Below are positions 1 through 7,825 of a stretch of 64,000 nt of DNA, piece by piece. Below the pieces are notes generated by a model. The model made no database searches. It saw nothing but the letters and a program-made list of their open reading frames with translations, and was not told where the DNA came from. The stretch covers positions 1,162 through 65,161 of the forward strand of contig CAYXCH010000021.1 in NCBI GenBank assembly GCA_964463705.1. The letters are read 5' to 3'. A program made the translations under genes and the position numbers. The stretch comes from an uncultured Pseudobdellovibrionaceae bacterium. Lineage in GTDB: Bacteria > Patescibacteriota > Minisyncoccia > Moranbacterales > GCA-2747515. The stretch's first letter is position 1, and the number at the start of each line of letters is the position of its first letter.

Positions 1-2535
1 ACTTCTTCCTGGCTCCCACTTGCCAAACAACGCCATGCTTACTAGATCGTTTGTGCCTAAATCAATTCCAATTCTTAAATAATTGTTAGATTCGCGCAAC
101 TTGGAATTTATATTCTCGTTAAATTCTTGCAATTGCTGCTTGACCTCGTCTTCATCTGCAAAACGAGGATTAAATTGTTCAGCCGGCTGATTTTTTGTAT
201 ACATGAAATGTATATGCATTCTTGATCTGGCGTGCCTGCTTTTTGCGTGTTGTTTTTCTTCTTTTTTAGCTTCAAAATACAGCGAAACCTCGGGGTTTAA
301 TCGTTTTTTATCAATTAAATCTGATCTAATTTTGAGTAACAAATCTTTGAATTCATTTGTAAATCTTTTTGCGTAAGAGATGTTACGAGAAAAATCATAA
401 CCTCCTACCTTCCCAAAATATGCTAGCTCGTCTTTAATAGAATATGAATTTTGATTTTTTAATCCACTATTATACTCTGAAAGCAATCGCATCAATTCTT
501 GTTTGTTGACATGTATTTTTTGCAAAAAGTAGAAAGTTGACTCAAGATCTCGTCTAAATTCTTTTAATGTTTTGTGTGGTTTGTTTAAGATGTTTTGCAA
601 TGAGTTTTTTAACTCTTGAGGCAGCTTTATTGTTGGTGTTTGTTGTTGTGATCCCCTTTTTTTCTTTTTGTTTTCACGCTCTGACCTTTTTGTTGTGTTT
701 TTTATCTTTTTGTATACTTTTGAGGTTACTCTGATTCTTGGGTTGATTTGTAATTTATACAAAAATTTTAGATAAATTTTGATTGTATTAACAACACTTT
801 CTTCTTTATTGTTGTCTGTATTTAATTCTGATAAAAGCTCTGGTGCATTTTTTGCTATAAATTTATTCTTTAAAGCTGACAGAGTAAGAGAATAAAGTAT
901 CATCAATGTAAAATCTGCATTTTTGTTTCGATGCGCGGTTTCTTCAAGAGTTTTTAACTTTTTGAAAGTGAAATCCTTTATTTTGTTCTTTGGAACAAAT
1001 AACGCATGCACATTTTTACAATCAAACTCTTTACCTTTATCAAACCCTAACAATGCCCAATGGGTTAGAAAAAACCTTGCTTTATCTAAACTCTTTTGCT
1101 GAGTAATAAGCCCGCCATTTATTTGAGCTATTATATTTTTTAGAAAAATGAAATCACTGGGCAATCTACGCAATAAACCTGTATAAGCTTGACCGGCTGC
1201 TTGCTTATATTGATTTGTTCCACAATAGGACTCTTCACTGCTATTTTTTTCTTTTTGTTTTTCTTCAGAAACAAAAGCCTTAAATTTATGATCCAACAAA
1301 TCAGGTATGTACCTCCTAAATTTAGATTTAGAAAAATCTTCATGGAGGTTTATAATTTTATTAAGATTATTTAGCTTGTCTTTGTTTTGATCAAGACATT
1401 TTTGAAAATTATTAAACAACACATTCTTATCAACATTTTCACCATATAATTTATATTCTTGCTTAATAAAATCGTTAAATAAATTATCAATATCTTTTTT
1501 TAATTTATTTTTATAAAATTTTCTTAAACAAACAGCCGTCTCCAACAATGGAGTATCAAATATACCTGCGCAACCATTTTCTTGCGCCCATGTTGTGTAC
1601 CCTACATTTTTTAAAATTAAATTTAGGTTGTCTATATTTGCTAATAATTCTTTTTCTCGTTCGTTTTTAGTGTTCTGTTTACGCTTTTCTAAATAAATAC
1701 GAGTCGCAAGTCCCCTTTTACATTCAATCTCTTTAATTTTATTCTCAAGCTCTTTAGGCGTAAAAGACTTGCTGACAGTATACCTATTAAAACTGGCTCT
1801 TAACAATTCTTTTTTATCTTGAAGCACAGTAAAAAGTTTGGTTGTTTGCGCATCTAACTTTTGCGCAGTTATTGTAAAGTCCGACCACTGCTCTGATTGA
1901 GTTAATTTGATTGATTCAATTAATAGTTGCAGAAAAGATATTAAACTTAACCTTCTTTTGTTGCTAAATTCTATTTTGGGGCGTTGCGTAATGAGTTTAA
2001 CCGCGTCTAAAACTCCAGATACCGCGGGTTGAGATTTTGATAGTTCTTCATCAAGAATCTTTAATACAGTTTTGTCATTTTCTTCATCAGCTCTTGCATC
2101 TTTAATTAAATTAGCGACTTGTTTTAAAATCTCAATAAATTGCTCGCGCTCAAAATCTTTTAATTGAGAGAACAAGACATCTCTTTTTGAAGATTGCGGA
2201 TTGATTTCGCGCAACAGTTTGCGCTTAATATTTGGCGATTCTATATTTAATTTGGCAATTGTATTTTGATTAGAATCTATATCTGTTTCATCTTTTCCAC
2301 TCTTTTTTGCTTGTTCAAGATTGTTTTTGTATTCGTGAATTTTTTGCAAATCGCTTATAAAGCTGATTAAAAAATCATGTATAGATGTAAGTTTGTCTTT
2401 TAACTGCTCTGCCTCTTTTTTCAGGTCATCTTGAACTATTTTGTTTAAATTTAGATTCTCAAATATGCTTATAACGCTCTCATCATATGGCAAATACTCA
2501 AACTTAAGCGCTGATATGTATTCATATTTTTTCAT
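1..2535 (-). CDS. cas12a2: Type V CRISPR effector of the Cas12a2/Cms1 family (resembles the Smithella Cms1 branch); 3'-partial, runs off the window
   Basis: Hand translation from ATG at 2535 gives 845 codons with no stop. Motifs in order: MKKYEYISALKFEYLP, RASFNRYTVSK, LTHWALL, ALFVPKNK, SLTLSALK, TLKEFRRDLE, RLNPEVSLYF, FADEDEVKQQLQEFNENINSKL, RuvC-I LRIGIDLGTNDL (Asp codon 63..61). These match remembered Cms1/Cas12a2 motifs (ASFNYYT, RL[N/H]PE, FNDED..EFN..N, GIDxG). Exact subtype uncertain. Confidence 0.82.
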   Translation of the reverse strand, partial: MKKYEYISALKFEYLPYDESVISIFENLNLNKIVQDDLKKEAEQLKDKLTSIHDFLISFISDLQKIHEYKNNLEQAKKSGKDETDIDSNQNTIAKLNIESPNIKRKLLREINPQSSKRDVLFSQLKDFEREQFIEILKQVANLIKDARADEENDKTVLKILDEELSKSQPAVSGVLDAVKLITQRPKIEFSNKRRLSLISFLQLLIESIKLTQSEQWSDFTITAQKLDAQTTKLFTVLQDKKELLRASFNRYTVSKSFTPKELENKIKEIECKRGLATRIYLEKRKQNTKNEREKELLANIDNLNLILKNVGYTTWAQENGCAGIFDTPLLETAVCLRKFYKNKLKKDIDNLFNDFIKQEYKLYGENVDKNVLFNNFQKCLDQNKDKLNNLNKIINLHEDFSKSKFRRYIPDLLDHKFKAFVSEEKQKEKNSSEESYCGTNQYKQAAGQAYTGLLRRLPSDFIFLKNIIAQINGGLITQQKSLDKARFFLTHWALLGFDKGKEFDCKNVHALFVPKNKIKDFTFKKLKTLEETAHRNKNADFTLMILYSLTLSALKNKFIAKNAPELLSELNTDNNKEESVVNTIKIYLKFLYKLQINPRIRVTSKVYKKIKNTTKRSERENKKKKRGSQQQTPTIKLPQELKNSLQNILNKPHKTLKEFRRDLESTFYFLQKIHVNKQELMRLLSEYNSGLKNQNSYSIKDELAYFGKVGGYDFSRNISYAKRFTNEFKDLLLKIRSDLIDKKRLNPEVSLYFEAKKEEKQHAKSRHARSRMHIHFMYTKNQPAEQFNPRFADEDEVKQQLQEFNENINSKLRESNNYLRIGIDLGTNDLVSMALFGKWEPGRS

Positions 2536-2536
2536 A

Positions 2537-5500
2537 CTACTTTTTGTTACTGTTAATTTTATAAAGATATTCATCCCAACGATGTTTGTCTATTTTAAGA
2601 TCCGGCTTTTCAGAGCTTGTGCGCACTTCTTGAAGGGCTATGTATCCTTTGCGTGCTATGTTGTATGCGCCAAGATCATCTCCGTTTTTGATAAATGCAT
2701 CTTCTTTGCGTGTATCAAACCCGCATAATGGACACTGTACAAAGTCTGCTTCTTGCTCTTCGCCTGCGCGGTAGTGATTGCGTATTTGCAATACACGATT
2801 TAGGAAATACACAAATGCCTTCCATGCTGTTGCGTATGTGCGTTCATCTTTTTTAAGCAATTCTGGCAACAAATTATCACCACTGCTAAACTCTAATTCA
2901 AAACCTTCAAAAGCAGAACTAAATCCTATAAGCTGACTTTCTGTCGCACCATTGCCAAAAATTGCCTCAAATGCCTTGGCAAAATCATCAGCAGTGAGAG
3001 ACAGAGTGGAGCGTTTGACACTATCCCACACCAATCTATCTACACGAGATGTAATAGTTACTTCTGAACCATCAAATTCTCGTGTATATGTGAGTACAAA
3101 TGCATTACGATTTGTATCATACACAATGGATTTAAAGTGTTTGTTTAAATCTGATATTACTTGGTCTATGTTTTTATACTTGATGTATACATCTTTGCGC
3201 CATCCACAGGTAGGACATGTCTGTGAAGTGTATGCCGGGTCCAAGAAGAAGGTAATACCATGTTGCCCCTGAAGGTCTTTGAGAGAAAGTGTGCCTCGCT
3301 TCTCTTTAGTACACACGAGTTGTGCCGCATCAAATGCATACTGCTGATCTTTGTCTATGATGAGCTCAAGTTTTTGCAGAAGTGCCTTTTGGAACTGCTG
3401 ATACACGCTCTTCTCAAATTGTCCGCCGCGTTTTTGGATAAAGCGGAATGCTAAATTCTCAAGCACAATAATCGCATCATACTCAAGCGCCTTTGAGACT
3501 ATAAAGTGGATAACATGAGAAAGATATCCTTCTTTGAGCTTGGTAATATTCCCGACAGAGCGCCATGTTTTGCGTGCCTCAAGACGCTCACGCTCACGCT
3601 TTTCCAAAAGAGCGTGATAGTCTGTACCGTGTATAGTATTGAGCGAACCCGAGTCAATATGGTTGCCGTCTTTATCAATGAGTGACCAATACAGAAGATG
3701 CTTCTCACCGCGGTCAATACCGAGTATCGCGCATGGCTCTTGAAGGAGCGCTTCGTTTACATGAGTCGTAAATGTTTTGTCGTCTGTGGCTCCTTTATGT
3801 GCGTTAATTTGCACCGGTATGTGGAAAATGAGCTTCCGCTGTGTGTATCGGTGTGCATCATATACCGGCGCATTATCTCTGCTTACTTCTTGTGCTCCAT
3901 TGCTAAGCATCTTCCTTTTTTGGTTTTCACAAGATATATCACGGAAGAAGATTTTACCATCTGCCAAGAGCATATACGGTTGCGGAGTCTGCTTTATATT
4001 TTCATCTGAAAAGAGTGTTTGCCAGATAATCGTATGTACGTTACGTTTTCCGTGTCCTTTACCACAGAGATCTTTGTTACAAATTTTAAAGAGATACAAA
4101 TTGCCACTTTTAACATGCTTCATCAACGCCTCCTCATTAACATTGGCAAAGTAAAAACCCTTCTCTTGTTGCAATGCTGCAATACATGCTTCACGGAATG
4201 CACGTTTAGTTTCAAAGGCTTTGACAACAACACTACGTAATGATGGATAATCATCAAGATATTGAGGGCGCACATTGGTTAAAAATTCTATGCCCTTCGC
4301 GACCCCTTCAGCATCATTCATGTCACTAAATTTTGCACCGTAGTGGTTGAGAAATCCTTTTCCAACCAATGTTTTAAAATCAAGCGTCTTAAGCACCATC
4401 TTTTGCCAAGCACTTTCACTGTCCGTATACATTTTCTCAAAAGAGAAGTTGTTACGCAGGACGCCGAGATATATATCATCTTCATGACGCAAAATCACCG
4501 ACTTTTTGTTAGCAAGTTGACTCTCACTCCATCCACCAAGAAATTGCGGAGAAAAATACACACGCACCTCCTCCTCTGTAGCCAGCTCTTTTGTCAGATA
4601 GTTGCGTGTCTTGTTAAATATTTTTTGAACGCGAATATCCTCAATGAGATATGCAAATTGCTCCCATCTTGCATAGAAATCCTGATCTTTCTCTTCTGCA
4701 GAGAGCTCCTTGAGCACATCAAAATGTTTACTTCCCTTCTTGTCGCGCACACGAAATGTGCGCGCAAGGCGAGACACATCAACAGCCCATTCCAAATAGG
4801 TACGCAAAGCAGCGCGCGCCTCGTCATCAAGGCTACCTTCACGAACTTTCTGCACCGCATTGTCAAAGCCATCAGCAAGCATGCGCACATCCTCAAGCGG
4901 ACGCAACACCTGCTCAATATTATCGCGCCAGCGAGCAAGAAACTCATTCCATGTTGTCGTGCGCCCATCTGCAAGACGGAAGGCATCACCATACTGCTCT
5001 ATATACTCTTTCACCGCTTGTAAGGTTGTGAACCTCTCTTTTTTCTTAAGAACATCGTTAAGTGCCGCCCACTCACTCAACACTGCTTGCGCAACAGCGC
5101 GCAACGATTGTTTGCTGATATAGATTTTTGAAATGTCATATTGATCAATGGTATCAAAAAATGTACTAAAAAACTCTCGCGCTGTGTCGTATAACTCTGT
5201 TATGCGTGGCTTTACTTCAGAGAGCATTGCATAAAGCTCTTCGTCTGACTCTATAGTCTCATAACGCACATCGCGCTCTGTGCCAATTTGGTTGTAGAGC
5301 GTTTGCACCAACGGCAAGCGTTGAGCATGTGTTTGATTGTATGCATTAATTTTATTATTAATCCCCTCTGCACGCACATCACCAACCTCTGCCGCACCGC
5401 CACCGATGATGGTATTATATGTATCTATTCCTTCTTGTGTTAAGACCTTATTATAGAACTCCGGCTTGAAGATTTCTCGTTCATCATCTGTAAGTTCCAC

Positions 5501-6190
5501 TTTCCCGTCAAGCGTACGCTCATAAAGGAGTGCATTCTTTGCAAATATGCGGAGATTATCATCAATCACCCGCGTGGCAACCTGCCCGTGCTTGCCCTCA
5601 TCGCCAAAGTAGTGACCGCGATTGCCCAAGAGGTCATAAAGTTGCGTAAACATACCGCTAAATGCATTGAGGTGGCGCAACGCCTCTTGGTCATTTTCAT
5701 ATTTTCGCTCAAGAATTTTATAAAAATCTTTACTGAGAAGCTTCTTCTGTGAGACCTCTTCTCCATTATACTCGTATGTAAAAGTTTTAACATCATCGGC
5801 AAGCTCTTTGCGGATACGCGCAAGAAGTTGCCACATTTCAGAGATTGTCCTACTGCGCTGTGTAGCATTTTCCGCATTGAGTATTTTCCGTTCCTGCTCT
5901 ATGACAGAGCTAATATCTTCAACACTCAATTGCACTTCTTGTAATGCGCGTGTAATAAAATCAACAATCGCAATGTCCCAGTACTTTTTAATATGCGGAC
6001 GCGCCTCTTGCCGTGCCTGCTCCTCAGGGAAAATCTCTCTTGCTGAAGCTGCGTCAAAATTGATGTATTTACGTGTTGCTTCATGTGGCACAAGCTCAAA
6101 GCGCAGGGTTTTAGTGACGGAGAATTTATTTGTAAATGCACGAAAACTTTGCGAACGAGTAGACGTCGCGGATGGAGATGTCGTAGACAT
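2537..6190 (-). CDS. cas12a: Cas12a (Cpf1) type V-A effector, divergent, 1217 aa
   Basis: FTNKFSVTKTLRFELVP N-terminus; REC motifs LTQEGIDTYNTIIGG, GINNKIN, RNYLTK; GNLYLFKICNKD; RuvC-I GIDRGEKHL, RuvC-II IVLENL, RuvC-III GDDLGAYNIARKG. Confidence 0.93.
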   Translation of the reverse strand: MSTTSPSATSTRSQSFRAFTNKFSVTKTLRFELVPHEATRKYINFDAASAREIFPEEQARQEARPHIKKYWDIAIVDFITRALQEVQLSVEDISSVIEQERKILNAENATQRSRTISEMWQLLARIRKELADDVKTFTYEYNGEEVSQKKLLSKDFYKILERKYENDQEALRHLNAFSGMFTQLYDLLGNRGHYFGDEGKHGQVATRVIDDNLRIFAKNALLYERTLDGKVELTDDEREIFKPEFYNKVLTQEGIDTYNTIIGGGAAEVGDVRAEGINNKINAYNQTHAQRLPLVQTLYNQIGTERDVRYETIESDEELYAMLSEVKPRITELYDTAREFFSTFFDTIDQYDISKIYISKQSLRAVAQAVLSEWAALNDVLKKKERFTTLQAVKEYIEQYGDAFRLADGRTTTWNEFLARWRDNIEQVLRPLEDVRMLADGFDNAVQKVREGSLDDEARAALRTYLEWAVDVSRLARTFRVRDKKGSKHFDVLKELSAEEKDQDFYARWEQFAYLIEDIRVQKIFNKTRNYLTKELATEEEVRVYFSPQFLGGWSESQLANKKSVILRHEDDIYLGVLRNNFSFEKMYTDSESAWQKMVLKTLDFKTLVGKGFLNHYGAKFSDMNDAEGVAKGIEFLTNVRPQYLDDYPSLRSVVVKAFETKRAFREACIAALQQEKGFYFANVNEEALMKHVKSGNLYLFKICNKDLCGKGHGKRNVHTIIWQTLFSDENIKQTPQPYMLLADGKIFFRDISCENQKRKMLSNGAQEVSRDNAPVYDAHRYTQRKLIFHIPVQINAHKGATDDKTFTTHVNEALLQEPCAILGIDRGEKHLLYWSLIDKDGNHIDSGSLNTIHGTDYHALLEKRERERLEARKTWRSVGNITKLKEGYLSHVIHFIVSKALEYDAIIVLENLAFRFIQKRGGQFEKSVYQQFQKALLQKLELIIDKDQQYAFDAAQLVCTKEKRGTLSLKDLQGQHGITFFLDPAYTSQTCPTCGWRKDVYIKYKNIDQVISDLNKHFKSIVYDTNRNAFVLTYTREFDGSEVTITSRVDRLVWDSVKRSTLSLTADDFAKAFEAIFGNGATESQLIGFSSAFEGFELEFSSGDNLLPELLKKDERTYATAWKAFVYFLNRVLQIRNHYRAGEEQEADFVQCPLCGFDTRKEDAFIKNGDDLGAYNIARKGYIALQEVRTSSEKPDLKIDKHRWDEYLYKINSNKK

Positions 6191-6255
6191 AAGAGTGTAT
6201 AATAAAACTTTTACGTCTTTTCTTTGCGTGGTCGCCGAAAAGAAAAGAAATCATC

Positions 6256-6293
6256 ACAGAATTATACTCTATAATTCTGTAGAATATTTCTAC
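6256..6293. promoter_or_regulatory. Overlapping palindromes upstream of cas12a (candidate operator or second promoter)
   Basis: ACAGAATTATA-ctc-TATAATTCTGT (11-bp inverted repeat, 6256-6280, TATAAT on both strands) overlapping GTAGAA-tat-TTCTAC (6279-6293). Confidence 0.5.
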
Positions 6294-6314
6294 CCTTTTC
6301 TTTGTATAATGAAC

Positions 6315-6388
6315 AAAAAACCTCCCGCAAGGCGGTGCGACCACGCACATTGTAGTGCCTCACGAGAGGATTTTTATGTGCGTGGTCT
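6315..6388 (-). ncRNA. Structured leader/attenuator RNA upstream of cas12a
   Basis: 13-bp stem CCTCTCGTGAGGC/GCCTTGCGGGAGG (three G-U pairs on minus strand), 23-nt loop, U6 tract; loop segment is complementary to 6376-6387 and 6225-6235. Confidence 0.6.
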
Positions 6389-6393
6389 CTTAC

Positions 6394-6423
6394 AGTATAC
6401 ACGGGAATAGACTATGCTGTCAA
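6394..6423 (-). promoter_or_regulatory. sigma70 promoter of cas locus
   Basis: TTGACA (6423-6418), 18 nt, TATACT (6399-6394). Confidence 0.7.
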
Positions 6424-6480
6424 AAAATAATATACCTCGAGACCGTTGTCTCTTAGAGGGCTGTATTTTTTAACGGTTTC
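6422..6480 (-). terminator. Stem-loop/terminator at boundary between host genes and cas locus
   Basis: AAAAAATA..CCTC-GAGAC-cgtt-GTCTC..GAGG..TATTTTTT nested inverted repeat. Confidence 0.45.
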
Positions 6481-6547
6481 TTGCCCGGTAATGGCGAAGC
6501 TCCTCAGATCTGTGTATTGCGTATCAGCGTATATATGTCAATACCTC

Positions 6548-7102
6548 TTATGGTGCAAATGTTAATGCAAACAATGCAATGCTCAGTAACAATAGTGTTC
6601 CAAGAATGTAATCGGCAATGTGTTGCGCCCATATATATTGTGGTGGCGTAACAGCATCTTGTGTGTATAACAAGCGGATTCCGTCTGCGTCAATTTCTCC
6701 TCGCGTGTAGCGCTCCATGGCATCAATGCGCCGACGCATGCGACGTTCCAATGCTCGCGCCGTCCGTGCTGTAGATGGTGGTGTCAAAACCAAAATGTGC
6801 ATAATGCGTACAACGGAGACAAATACTGTTGCTAAGGTTGTCCATAGTGTTGCACGTGCCAATGTAACATTCAGTGCAATCATGTAATCAAAAAACAGCG
6901 CCGAAGCAATGAGCAATATCAGTGCCCCACTCAGTATAATCACCGTGAAGTATTGCGTATTGCGTGTGTACGCTCGTCGGGCGTGCGTGTGTGTTGTATG
7001 GAGGCGCCGGATATGTTCTTTCAGTTGTTTGCGATGTTCGTCCAGTGCGCCGAACGCATCAGATTGTGTCATAGGTTCCCGTGTTATCCGCATAGTATAC
7101 AC
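6548..7102 (-). CDS. Hypothetical membrane protein (about 3 TM)
   Basis: 184-aa ORF, hydrophobic segments, co-oriented downstream of uppS. Confidence 0.6.
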   Translation of the reverse strand: MYTMRITREPMTQSDAFGALDEHRKQLKEHIRRLHTTHTHARRAYTRNTQYFTVIILSGALILLIASALFFDYMIALNVTLARATLWTTLATVFVSVVRIMHILVLTPPSTARTARALERRMRRRIDAMERYTRGEIDADGIRLLYTQDAVTPPQYIWAQHIADYILGTLLLLSIALFALTFAP

Positions 7103-7123
7103 GGTGTCCTTTATCGTGTCCAG

Positions 7124-7822
7124 TTATCGTCCACGTCGTCGCCCCCGTTGTGAGACATCGGTAATCGCCCGACGCAATTCTTCCGCGGAAAAGTCCGGGA
7201 ATAATGTTTCCGTAAAATACAACTGCGCATTTGCCATATGCCACATCATAAATCCGGCGGATAGATGTGGTTCTCCACCGGTGCGAATCATTAGATCTAT
7301 ATCCGGCATATCTCCGGTCCAAAGATAAGAACGTAAGACCTCCGGTGTGATATGTTTCTCGGATGATGTCGCCAAACGAGAAACGGCATCGCAGAGTTCA
7401 TCGGTTCCACTATATGCTAACAGCACCTGCACCGTTCGTTGAGTATACGATGCGGTCTGCGCTTCTATTTGAGTAATCAACTGTTGTAATGATGATGGAA
7501 GAAATTCTTCACAGCGTCCGCGAACATGGATACGCGCCTGTAACGTTTCCGCCTCCCGTGAAACGGCGGTCAACGCTTTTGTGTAGACTTCATATAACGC
7601 GTTTCGCTCCACCTCCGGTCGTTTTTGGAGGTTTTCGCGAGAGGAGCCCCACAGCGTCACATGTGTTACGCCCATATCAAAGGCGGTGGTTAAAAGTTCG
7701 CGCAATCGGCGCGCTCCCATTTCATGCCCGCGCCATACGGCAGCCGCATGGCCGTTAAGACGTGCCCACCGCCGGTTTCCATCGGGAATAATTGCAAGAT
7801 GTTTGATTGTTGTTTGCGACAT
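7124..7822 (-). CDS. uppS: Undecaprenyl diphosphate synthase (cis-prenyltransferase)
   Basis: HLAIIPDGNRRWA, IDLMIRTGGEPHLS, FPDFS motifs. Confidence 0.95.
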   Translation of the reverse strand: MSQTTIKHLAIIPDGNRRWARLNGHAAAVWRGHEMGARRLRELLTTAFDMGVTHVTLWGSSRENLQKRPEVERNALYEVYTKALTAVSREAETLQARIHVRGRCEEFLPSSLQQLITQIEAQTASYTQRTVQVLLAYSGTDELCDAVSRLATSSEKHITPEVLRSYLWTGDMPDIDLMIRTGGEPHLSAGFMMWHMANAQLYFTETLFPDFSAEELRRAITDVSQRGRRRGR

Positions 7823-7825
7823 AAT

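Noticed and set aside
1-2535. Apparent non-coding or stop-recoded AT-rich region; small ORFs 1140-1343, 1189-1374 and 2441-2728
   Set aside because: One minus-strand frame is fully open under the standard code; it is missing from the track only because its stop is outside the window. The small ORFs are shadows.
6126-6350. 74-aa leader ORF (MCVVAPPCGRFF...) as an icd/kil-like peptide
   Set aside because: It starts inside the terminator loop, has no RBS or recognisable motif and overlaps cas12a out of frame; cannot be supported.
6191-6547. CRISPR array next to cas12a
   Set aside because: No regularly spaced direct repeats and no intact AATTTCTAC-N4/5-GTAGAT handle here, and none noticed elsewhere in the window; only short 11-12 nt complementary segments.
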